Part shown: piece after piece, positions 14,852 through 22,300 of the stretch
Position numbering within the stretch: the stretch's first letter is position 1
Layout of the letters: the number at the start of each line of letters is the position of its first letter
Assembly (NCBI GenBank): GCA_031279305.1
Contig: JAITIS010000096.1
Location: forward strand, 1 to 48,596
Origin: Candidatus Margulisiibacteriota bacterium
GTDB taxonomy: Bacteria; Margulisbacteria; Termititenacia; Termititenacales; Termititenacaceae
Direction: 5' to 3'
Length of the DNA: 48,596 bases
Notes under the pieces: model-generated
What the model was told of the DNA's origin: nothing
Databases searched by the model: none
Seen by the model: the letters and a program-made list of their open reading frames with translations, nothing else
Translations under genes and position numbers: made by a program

Positions 14852-15883
14852 TCACAGATGCTTCCGCAAGTACTCCTCGGCCAGTCGCACGCTGCCGTCC
14901 GCATAACCGACACTCAGGAGTTTGACCGGAGTGCTTTCGCTGTGGCTGGTCAGCCACGCCAAAAGCTGCAATCTGCGCTGCATAATAAAAGTGTCTATTT
15001 CCTGCTGGTCGGCTCTGGCCAGAGGCAGCACCCGCCGGTAACCGGCCAGCCAGTTTTCCACCAGTTGTTTGGCAAGCGGCTTGTGCTCGATAAAACTGAC
15101 AGCCGAGGCTAGATCGTGCAGATACCAGCTGTAGCCGCAGTCATCAAAATCAATCACTTTGATCGTCAGGCCATCCACCAGCAGATTGGCCAGGCGCAGG
15201 TCGGCGTGGATCAGGCCAAAATTCTCCTTGTTCTTGCCATATCTTTTCAGCCGTTTGAAGATAACGCCGGAAGCTCTGGCCAGAATATCTATGCCCTCGC
15301 CGGTCAGATCCGGCGCGTCTTGCCAACGCCCCCAGCGCGGACGCGCGCCGAGCATCGTGTCGTAATCCCAGACAAATCTGTCCAGCCGGCGGGCCGGCGG
15401 CCAAGAGCGGGAGTCACGATGCAGATAGGCGGTCACTTCGCCCAGATCGTAAAAGCTGCGCAGCATTTCCTCTTCATTGTTCTCATCGGGCGCGCCGCCC
15501 TCCATAAACTCATACAACACGCTGGCATATGTTTCTTTGGCCAGCGCGCTTTGCAAAAACTGAATATGCTCGCCGTTTACCCCCCTGAGCGGCTCGGCGG
15601 CCACCACCGCGGTGTATTTTTTTAGGCGCTCCACCCAGGCCAGCTCGGCCTTAAGCTCGCCCAGACTGTGATAACCCGGACGGCTGATGCGCAAGACCGA
15701 GCGGTCTAGGCTTAATTTATTGGTCAATAAATAAGTGATGTTTTCCGAAAGCTGCAACAACCGCGCTTCCCAATAAGGTTCGGCATAATATTTAGCCATT
15801 GCGTCTCTGGCCAGCTCATCAAATAGCCTCTGGTTTAGTGCCACGGCCACAGTCTGCTCAGCTTTAGCCATCACTTCCGGCAT
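14852..15883 (-). CDS. Aminoglycoside-phosphotransferase (APH)/choline-kinase-fold small-molecule kinase
   Basis: The catalytic loop and metal-binding motif GLIHADLRLANLLVDG...IKVIDFDDCGYSWYLHDLA are typical of APH, homoserine-kinase-II and amino-alcohol kinases. Confidence 0.85.
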   Translation of the reverse strand: MPEVMAKAEQTVAVALNQRLFDELARDAMAKYYAEPYWEARLLQLSENITYLLTNKLSLDRSVLRISRPGYHSLGELKAELAWVERLKKYTAVVAAEPLRGVNGEHIQFLQSALAKETYASVLYEFMEGGAPDENNEEEMLRSFYDLGEVTAYLHRDSRSWPPARRLDRFVWDYDTMLGARPRWGRWQDAPDLTGEGIDILARASGVIFKRLKRYGKNKENFGLIHADLRLANLLVDGLTIKVIDFDDCGYSWYLHDLASAVSFIEHKPLAKQLVENWLAGYRRVLPLARADQQEIDTFIMQRRLQLLAWLTSHSESTPVKLLSVGYADGSVRLAEEYLRKHL

Positions 15884-15895
15884 ATTTTCCGCCTT

Positions 15896-17158
15896 TCATT
15901 CCGCCCGCGCGAGAATAGCCTTTCCCGCCGCTTTGATGCCCGCGCTCAAATTTTCCAGCAACTCATCGCAGTATTCTCTGGTGACCAGCGCGCCGGGTTT
16001 GAACTGCAAAACACTGTTATCCAGCATAGAGTAAATCGCCCAGACACCGTGGGCGCGGTAGAGCTGCTGCATCACTGGAATCGCGCCTTGGGTTCCGGCA
16101 AAAACCAAACCCATAATCAGCCCGTTTTGCCGGATGTCCAGAAAAGTAGCGGGATTCTCCGCCTTGATCCGCTCCAGCCCCGCGCGCAGATATTCAGCTG
16201 TAAAAACAATATTTTCAACCGTCTCTTTTCTCTGCAGTATCTCCAGCACCTTGAGCGCGACAATACAGCCCAATTCCGTGCCGCCAAAAGTAGACATATG
16301 GGCGCTGCCATCGATGGTCAGCCATTTAGCTGCTTTATCGTTCATCAGCACCGCCGAGATCGGATAAATGCCGCCGCCGAAACCTTTGGATGTGACGATA
16401 ATGTCCGGCGTGACCTCGTAGGTGGAAATACACCACATTTTTCCGCTGCGCATTAAGCCTGTCTGCACCTCGTCGGCGATATACAGCGCGCCGTATTTTT
16501 CACAGAGCCGCTTCACCGCCTGGAGATAACCGGGCGCAGGCAGCGGAAAACCGTAAGTCGCGGGGATTGTTTCCATAATCACGCAGGCCGCGTCATTTTT
16601 GGCCAAAGCATTTTCCATTGCTTCTATATTATTGAAAGATACTTTGATATTTTCGTCCTCGCCGCGGTCGGCTAAAAATATTTTGGCGTAACGTTCCGCG
16701 CCGGCCGCCACGGCCAATCCGGTATGGCCGTGATAACAGTTCTTGACTGAAATTATTTTTTTGCGTCCAGTGGCGCAACGCGCGGTTTTCAGAGCCAGAT
16801 CCACAGCTTCCGCGCCGGCCGCGCCGAATACCGCGCGGGACATGCCCGGCGAGACCTTGATCAATTCTTTGGCCAGCGCGGCCTTCTGCGGCGAGGGAAA
16901 ATGGTGGTTGCCGATGTCATAACATTCCAGACCTTTGACCAGAGCCTCGATAATCTCCGGATTGCGGTGGCCGAGGCTAAAAGTGCCGCCGTTAATATGC
17001 ACATCTTGCAGTTTCCGGCCGTCTAAATCCCAAAAATAATAGCCCTCGCGCCGACCCATCACCAGATCTATGCCCAGATCCAGCCATTCCTGTGTTTTGC
17101 CGGTGTTCCAGTAGCGCAGAGAATCCGCGAATACCCATTCTTTGGCAGCAATAGCCAT
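15896..17158 (-). CDS. Class-III (omega) aminotransferase-fold PLP enzyme; either an aminotransferase or a phospho-lyase
   Basis: Motifs present are GHRNPEI, ADEVQTGLMRSGKMW and the PLP-lysine context IVTSKGFGGG. AGGAGGG lies upstream of the ATG. Confidence 0.88.
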   Translation of the reverse strand: MAIAAKEWVFADSLRYWNTGKTQEWLDLGIDLVMGRREGYYFWDLDGRKLQDVHINGGTFSLGHRNPEIIEALVKGLECYDIGNHHFPSPQKAALAKELIKVSPGMSRAVFGAAGAEAVDLALKTARCATGRKKIISVKNCYHGHTGLAVAAGAERYAKIFLADRGEDENIKVSFNNIEAMENALAKNDAACVIMETIPATYGFPLPAPGYLQAVKRLCEKYGALYIADEVQTGLMRSGKMWCISTYEVTPDIIVTSKGFGGGIYPISAVLMNDKAAKWLTIDGSAHMSTFGGTELGCIVALKVLEILQRKETVENIVFTAEYLRAGLERIKAENPATFLDIRQNGLIMGLVFAGTQGAIPVMQQLYRAHGVWAIYSMLDNSVLQFKPGALVTREYCDELLENLSAGIKAAGKAILARAE

Positions 17159-17173
17159 AAACCCTCCTGTTTT

Positions 17174-17287
17174 TTACAATTTTGTAAGGATTTCCGCAGC
17201 CCTGAATAAGATATTACAATTATGTAATTTCTTATCTATTGGAAACAATATTGTATAAATATTGTGCGTAGTGTACACAAATGTAAT
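17174..17287. promoter_or_regulatory. Cluster of TTACA/TGTAA inverted repeats (operator-like)
   Basis: The repeats are TTACAAttTTGTAA (17174-17187), ATTACAattaTGTAAT (17213-17228), ACAATATTGT (17245-17254), AATATTGT repeated at 17258-17265, and GTGTACAC (17271-17278). Confidence 0.4.
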
Positions 17288-17298
17288 ACGCTTGTCAA
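17270..17298 (-). promoter_or_regulatory. Sigma-70-like promoter for the aminotransferase-kinase-permease-SDR operon
   Basis: On the minus strand the element reads TTGACA-N17-TACACT, about 100 nt upstream of the ATG at 17158. Confidence 0.4.
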
Positions 17299-17310
17299 GT
17301 CCGGCGCGAT

Positions 17311-17339
17311 TTGTTTCAGGGGCTGTTCTTTAGTACAAT
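17311..17339 (+). promoter_or_regulatory. Candidate promoter for the lipoprotein-xthA-metF operon
   Basis: The element reads TTGTTT-N17-TACAAT. The -10 box ends 9 nt before the ATG, and there is no SD. Confidence 0.3.
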
Positions 17340-17348
17340 ATCCGTCTT

Positions 17349-17816
17349 ATGCGTAAATTATTCCTTGCGCTGTTTTGTCTGCTGTTTTTGGCCGGCTGCC
17401 AAGACGGCGAGACGCCGCTGGCTCGCCGGGAAATTCCTAATGCGCTGACTGGCCGGCGCGCGTTGGTGCTCGCGCACAGCTCGGAGTATAACTTAAAATT
17501 TCTGGAGCAGTTGGAAAAAATCGCCGGGAGGCATTATTCTGTAACCATCGATGATCTAAGCCGGATCACCGAATATAATTTTGCCTATTATAACTGCGTG
17601 CTGATTATCGAGCGTCTAAGCGGCGGACGGGCTAGAGAAGTGGATGGCTTTATGGAGATTTACAATGGAGCCAATAATATTGTTTTGCACGCCTTAAACG
17701 GCAGCTATATCTCGCCTTATCCGCTGTCCGTCGTCACCGCCGACGCTAAAAACACCCGCGAGGACGCCCTGCGCGACACCGCGGCGGCCGTGTACGCGCT
17801 GCTCAAGACCAAATAA
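17349..17816 (+). CDS. Lipoprotein of unknown function
   Basis: A signal peptide with a lipobox is present (MRKLFLALFCLLFLAGC). The stop overlaps the xthA start (TAATG). Confidence 0.7.
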   Translation: MRKLFLALFCLLFLAGCQDGETPLARREIPNALTGRRALVLAHSSEYNLKFLEQLEKIAGRHYSVTIDDLSRITEYNFAYYNCVLIIERLSGGRAREVDGFMEIYNGANNIVLHALNGSYISPYPLSVVTADAKNTREDALRDTAAAVYALLKTK

Positions 17817-18583
17817 TGCGGCTAATTTCTTGGAACGTAAACGGCCTGCGCGCCGCGCAAAAAAAAGGGTTTTTAGACTGGTTTGAGCGGGACAGGCCCG
17901 CAATACTCTGCCTGCAGGAAACGAAAGCACAGCCCGCCCAGCTCGACGCCAAGCTGCTGAATGCGCCGGGCTACAGCGCCTATTGGTCTTCCGCGGAAAA
18001 AAAAGGCTACAGCGGCACGGTTATCTACACGCAAAAAAAACCGTTAAGTATCCAGCACGGCTTGGGACTGGAGCGTTTCGACCGCGAGGGGCGCGTGGTC
18101 ATCGCCGAGTATCCAGAGTTTACCCTGCTCAACATTTATTTTCCTAACGGCAAAAAAAATCAGGAAAGGCTGGACTACAAAATGGATTTTTACGCGGCGG
18201 TGCTAGATTACTGCAATGCGCTGCAAAAACAGGGGCGGCAGATAATCATCTGCGGCGATGTGAACACCGCACACCGGGAGATCGATCTCGCCCGTCCCAA
18301 AGAAAATGAACACACGTCCGGTTTCCTGCCCGGCGAACGAGCCTGGCTAGACCATCTTCTGCGCGAGGGATTTGCCGACACGCTGCGAGAAAAATATCCA
18401 GACCAGCCGGGTCTGTACACTTGGTGGGATTACAAAACACTGGCGCGCGGGCGAAACATCGGCTGGCGGATTGATTATTTTTTTATCACGGACGGCTTGA
18501 AAAAAAAGCTAAAAGACGCCTTTATTCTGGCCGGCGTCACAGGCTCCGATCACTGCCCGGTGGGAATAGAATTATGCATCTGA
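17816..18583 (+). CDS. xthA: Exodeoxyribonuclease III (AP endonuclease)
   Basis: Motifs MRLISWNVNGLRA..LCLQETK, GDVNTAH.EIDL and SDHCPV are present. Confidence 0.93.
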   Translation: MRLISWNVNGLRAAQKKGFLDWFERDRPAILCLQETKAQPAQLDAKLLNAPGYSAYWSSAEKKGYSGTVIYTQKKPLSIQHGLGLERFDREGRVVIAEYPEFTLLNIYFPNGKKNQERLDYKMDFYAAVLDYCNALQKQGRQIIICGDVNTAHREIDLARPKENEHTSGFLPGERAWLDHLLREGFADTLREKYPDQPGLYTWWDYKTLARGRNIGWRIDYFFITDGLKKKLKDAFILAGVTGSDHCPVGIELCI

Positions 18584-19428
18584 AAAAAATATACAGCGGA
18601 CGGAGGCCGGTCATTTCTTTTGAGGTATTTCCGCCCCAGACCGACGAGGCCAGCGCGCCGCTTATCGCGGAGCTGCGAAAACTTAAAGAATTTGCGCCGG
18701 GCTTGATCTCCGTCACTTACGGCGCGGGCGGCACGACACAGGGGCGCAGCCTCAAGCTGTTAGAGAAAATTGTCAAAGAATTAAATCTGGAATTGATGGC
18801 TCACCTGACCTGCATCGGCTCCAGCGAAAATTCTATTTTAAGTTTTTTGCAAAAAATTACCGGCTGGGGCGTGCAGAATATTCTGGCCCTGCGCGGAGAT
18901 TATCCGCGGAACAATCCCGGCTATCAGCCGGAAAGCGCCGTGTTTCAGCATGCCGCGGATTTGGTGCGTTTCGCCAGACAAAACACCGAACTGTCCATCG
19001 CCGTGGCCGGTTTCCCGGAAAAACATCCCGAAGCGGCCAGCTTGGCTGAAGACATCAAACAGCTGGCTGCCAAAATCCGCGCCGGGGCAGACGCGGTGTT
19101 TACCCAGCTTTTTTTTGACAATCAATATTATTATGATTATGTAAAATTGGCGCGCGCCGCGGGAGTGGCCGCGCCGATAATACCGGGTGTTTGGACCATT
19201 ACCAATCTCAAACAAATAAAGAAAATCGCCGAATTAAGCCGGGCCAAAATTCCCGGCGAGCTGCGGCAAAAACTAGAAAAAGCCGGCGAACAGGAAGCGC
19301 GCGAGATCGGCATAGATTACGCGGCGGCGCAGCTGCGCGACCTGCTCCAGCACGGCGCGCCCGGCGCGCATCTGTACACGCTCAATAAAGCGGACGCGGT
19401 GATGGAAGTGCTGCGGAAAGCGCTGTGA
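18574..19428 (+). CDS. metF: Methylenetetrahydrofolate reductase
   Basis: Motifs SFEVFPP, ISVTYGAGG, MAHLTC, ILALRGD and FTQLFFD are present. The gene overlaps xthA by 10 nt. Confidence 0.92.
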   Translation: MHLKKIYSGRRPVISFEVFPPQTDEASAPLIAELRKLKEFAPGLISVTYGAGGTTQGRSLKLLEKIVKELNLELMAHLTCIGSSENSILSFLQKITGWGVQNILALRGDYPRNNPGYQPESAVFQHAADLVRFARQNTELSIAVAGFPEKHPEAASLAEDIKQLAAKIRAGADAVFTQLFFDNQYYYDYVKLARAAGVAAPIIPGVWTITNLKQIKKIAELSRAKIPGELRQKLEKAGEQEAREIGIDYAAAQLRDLLQHGAPGAHLYTLNKADAVMEVLRKAL

Positions 19429-19502
19429 CCCAGCGAATATATTGCCGCCGCGAGCCGACGGAGCACCGTAAACTCGCTTGCGGCAACATATTCGCTTCAC
19501 AG
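19423..19502. repeat. 80-bp imperfect palindrome spanning both convergent stop codons (metF / PHP gene)
   Basis: The left arm is CTGTGAcccAGCGAATATATTGCCGCcGCGAG. The right arm is CTCGCttGCGGCAACATATTCGCTTCACAG. Confidence 0.6.
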
Positions 19503-20225
19503 AACTTTTACAGCAACGGATTTCTGTTCTAGCGCGCTGCGCAGGGCGGACAGTGAAAAGTCCTCTAATTCAATTTCATTGTAAACAAGCCCAATGTCGT
19601 TCAGATAATGCGCGTCAGAATTGCTGATGACCGGATAGTCAAAAGTCTCCGGCCTGGCCGCGCCGCACAGATAGACACTCTTGTGCAGCTCCACCGCCGA
19701 ATATTTTTCGTCCGGCAAAAGCAGTCCCAATTGGGAGATGAGGCTGTTGCGCGGACGGTTGATATGCGCCGGCACGAACAGGCCGCCCGCAGCCAGCACC
19801 TTGTCGCGCAACTCTTCCAGGCCGAGATCGGCCGCGCTGCTCAGTATTTTTTCGTGCTGCCCCAGTATGATGTCATTTTCATCCACGATAACCTGATCGC
19901 CGAAAATTTCTGGATCATTTTTTATATCCGGCAGCCGCGGGGCAATGAATTTATCTAATTCCATAGCTTTTTCCAGCTCGTCAAAATAACAGAGCGTATG
20001 CACTTCTTCCCGTGTGTTGATCTCCATACCGTAAAGACAGCGCACTCCGGCGGCGGCGCAGGCGCGCGCGGCGGAGGGATTGTTGAGCGCGGTGTTGTGA
20101 TCGGTGACGCAGATGAGATCAAGACTTAGTTCTTTGGCGCGCGCGGCAATAGCCCGGGGCGACATCTCCAGATCGCCGCAGGGGGATAAGCAGGAATGAA
20201 TATGCAGATCGGCTTTTATTTTCAC
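19497..20225 (-). CDS. PHP-domain metal-dependent phosphoesterase
   Basis: The motif (M)KIKADLHIHSCLSPCGD...ICVTDHNT is present. The GTG start overlaps the DRTGG gene stop (GTGA). Confidence 0.85.
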   Translation of the reverse strand: MKIKADLHIHSCLSPCGDLEMSPRAIAARAKELSLDLICVTDHNTALNNPSAARACAAAGVRCLYGMEINTREEVHTLCYFDELEKAMELDKFIAPRLPDIKNDPEIFGDQVIVDENDIILGQHEKILSSAADLGLEELRDKVLAAGGLFVPAHINRPRNSLISQLGLLLPDEKYSAVELHKSVYLCGAARPETFDYPVISNSDAHYLNDIGLVYNEIELEDFSLSALRSALEQKSVAVKVL

Positions 20226-20560
20226 CGGTTTAGCCGGCCGTAAATCAAATGCGACGCCGCAAACTGATTAAGCCCGGTGTTAAATATGGCGATATTTTCC
20301 TGCGCGGCGCTCTGAAGCATATCCTCCGGTATGGTTTTGCCATTGCAGATGATGATGCCGGCGCAGTCGAGCAGCGAAGCCACGGCTACGGTGTTTTTAT
20401 GCGCCTGGATGGTGATGAGCAGGGCATTCTCGCCGGCGTTGGCCAGCACGTCGCTTAAAAGATCCGAGGTGTAGCCGTTTTTGATTTCTCGATCCTCGTA
20501 TTTTGCCTGCACCAGCTTCAGTTCAGGTAGTTTGGCCAGTTCGCTTGTTTTCATCAGCAT
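20222..20560 (-). CDS. DRTGG-domain protein
   Basis: The 112-aa sequence ..GYTSDLLSDVLANAGENALLITIQAHKNTVAVASLLDCAGIIICNG.. resembles DRTGG-domain proteins. AGGAG precedes the ATG. Confidence 0.7.
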   Translation of the reverse strand: MLMKTSELAKLPELKLVQAKYEDREIKNGYTSDLLSDVLANAGENALLITIQAHKNTVAVASLLDCAGIIICNGKTIPEDMLQSAAQENIAIFNTGLNQFAASHLIYGRLNR

Positions 20561-21482
20561 TCTCCTTTCCGGTGTTTATTATAGCGCGGACTTCCGTGCC
20601 TTTGCCCGGCGCCGACTGGATCTGAAAATCATCGGACACCCGGCGCACATTGGAAAGGCCCATTCCGGCGCCAAACCCCAGACTGCGGATCCAGTCATTG
20701 GCAGTGGAGTAGCCTTCCTGCAGCGCCAGCGCCACGTCTTTGATGCCCGGGCCGCGGTCTTTGGCGGCGATCTCGATACTGGAGCCGTTCACCGCCATAC
20801 TGATTTTACCGCCATCCGAATGAATGACCAAATTCATTTCCAGCTCGTAGGCCGCCACCGCCACGCGGCGGATCAGCTTCGCGTCAAAGCCTTTGCTCTG
20901 CAGGATTTTCTTAAATTCACCGGAAGCCACCCCGGCATCCTCAAAAGAAAATTTCTGGTGAATAAACTCTTTGTACACGCTGTAACTATTGACCTGCGCC
21001 GGAGCAGGCAGGAGTTTTTCCAGTTCGGCGACTTCTTTATTCATCTCGACCAGCAGTTTGTTGATAATATCCCGGCTGGTCACAATGCCGACCAGTTTGT
21101 TGTTTTTATCCAGCACCGGAAAAACCCGGAAATGATAGCGGTCAAAATAAGTGATTCCCAAACTAAGCGGCATATCGTCTTCCAGCACGATGACATTGCG
21201 CGTCATCTGGTCTTCGACTTTATCCTCGATAATTTTATTGTCCAGCGCGTGGATAATATCGCCGACCGTGATGATTCCAAAGAGCCGGCCGTTCTCCAGC
21301 ACCGGCAAAGCGGTCAGACCGTGCTCTTTCATCAGGGCCTGCGCGCGGCGCATAGTTTCGGCGCGGGAGATCGTGCACAGTTCTCTGGTCATCACATCGC
21401 GGATTTTTAGCGTATAGATCAGCTCTTCCAATAAAGAAGGGATTTTCTCGGACTGGCTTAAAGGAACCGTATTTTCCGGCAT
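20523..21482 (-). CDS. CBS-pair domain fused to a histidine-kinase-like ATPase (anti-sigma/Ser-Thr kinase type)
   Basis: The N-terminus has two CBS repeats (IRDVMTREL.., VEDQMTRNVIVL..). The C-terminus has GHKL motifs (ELEMNLVIHSDGG, DRGPGI, GFGAGMGLSNV). Confidence 0.85.
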   Translation of the reverse strand: MPENTVPLSQSEKIPSLLEELIYTLKIRDVMTRELCTISRAETMRRAQALMKEHGLTALPVLENGRLFGIITVGDIIHALDNKIIEDKVEDQMTRNVIVLEDDMPLSLGITYFDRYHFRVFPVLDKNNKLVGIVTSRDIINKLLVEMNKEVAELEKLLPAPAQVNSYSVYKEFIHQKFSFEDAGVASGEFKKILQSKGFDAKLIRRVAVAAYELEMNLVIHSDGGKISMAVNGSSIEIAAKDRGPGIKDVALALQEGYSTANDWIRSLGFGAGMGLSNVRRVSDDFQIQSAPGKGTEVRAIINTGKENADENKRTGQTT

Positions 21483-21489
21483 AGAAACA

Positions 21490-21498
21490 ATTATATCA
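21490..21498 (-). promoter_or_regulatory. Extended -10 element (TGaTATAAT) 7 nt upstream of the CBS-HATPase ATG
   Basis: The minus strand reads ...CTCTGATATAATTGTTTCTATG, and no SD is present. Confidence 0.4.
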
Positions 21499-21501
21499 GA
21501 G

Positions 21502-21525
21502 ACTGCCGCAACTAAACGCGGCAGT
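21502..21525 (-). terminator. Intercistronic hairpin after trpA (weak terminator or processing site)
   Basis: The 8-bp stem is ACTGCCGC/GCGGCAGT with an 8-nt loop. The downstream tract is only moderately U-rich. An alternative pairing AACTAA/TTAGTT overlaps it. Confidence 0.3.
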
Positions 21526-21529
21526 TAGT

Positions 21530-22300
21530 TTAAGACCCGGTCAATTTACCCAGCGCGCTTTTAACCGCGGCATAAATATCTTTTTTTTCGGACGCCGCTT
21601 TTTGCACAGTTCGCGTAAAATACGAGCCGACTACCACCGCGTGCACCAGCGGAGAGAGCGCTTTTATCTGTCCAGCCTTGTTTATTCCAAAACCGCCGTA
21701 TATTTCATAGCCGGCCCCGGACAATCCCCGCAAAAATTTTTTGACCGCCGCGGAAATAACCGTGTCCGCTCCGGTAATGCCGGTGCGCAAAGAAACATAA
21801 ATTTTTTTATAGGGCCTGAGCATTTTCAAACGCGCGGGAAGCATACCGGCAACAGCCACCGGCACCGGAGCAATGCCGTGTCTAAGCGCCAGACGGTAAT
21901 AGCCCTCGGTGTCCTCCAGCGGCAAATCCGGCGTGATAAGACCTTCCACGCCCGCGGCGCGCATATCCTTAATATATTTTTCTACGCCGTAGCGAAAAGG
22001 AATATTGGCGTAAGTCATCACCATAATCCGCTCAAACCCAGCGCCTCGCGCTATGCGTATATAATCAAAAATATCGACCGTGCGGAAACCAGAGCGCAGG
22101 GCGGACTCGCTGGCCAGCGTAATCGCCGGGCCATCCGCGCTGGGGTCAGAAAAAGGTATCTGTATTTCCAGTATTTCCGCGCCGCCGTTTCGCAAAGCGC
22201 CCGCCGCCGCGGCAAAACCCGCTCTGGATGGAAACCCGGCTACCAGATGCACCATCAGCCGCATAAACGCTCTGTCTCCTGCCGCAAAAATTCTAGCCAT
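21530..22300 (-). CDS. trpA: Tryptophan synthase alpha chain
   Basis: Motifs LVAGFP, LEIQIPFSDPSADGPAI and GFGI are present. The start is ambiguous: ATG at 22300, 22264 or 22255, and the last forms an ATGA overlap with the trpB stop. Confidence 0.88.
   Translation of the reverse strand: MARIFAAGDRAFMRLMVHLVAGFPSRAGFAAAAGALRNGGAEILEIQIPFSDPSADGPAITLASESALRSGFRTVDIFDYIRIARGAGFERIMVMTYANIPFRYGVEKYIKDMRAAGVEGLITPDLPLEDTEGYYRLALRHGIAPVPVAVAGMLPARLKMLRPYKKIYVSLRTGITGADTVISAAVKKFLRGLSGAGYEIYGGFGINKAGQIKALSPLVHAVVVGSYFTRTVQKAASEKKDIYAAVKSALGKLTGS

Noticed and set aside
20481-21410. A 309-aa + strand ORF, together with similar long ORFs at 21602-22477, 25535-26212, 26560-27177, 11800-12450, 32795-33415, 34357-34986 and 43106-43639.
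   Set aside because: All of them lie antisense to genes with unmistakable conserved motifs (the CBS-HATPase gene, trpA/B, trpGD, trpE, mnmA, uvrA and the ParA fusion). They have the Arg/Gly/His/Gln-rich composition typical of shadow ORFs in GC-rich coding DNA, and they lack RBSs.
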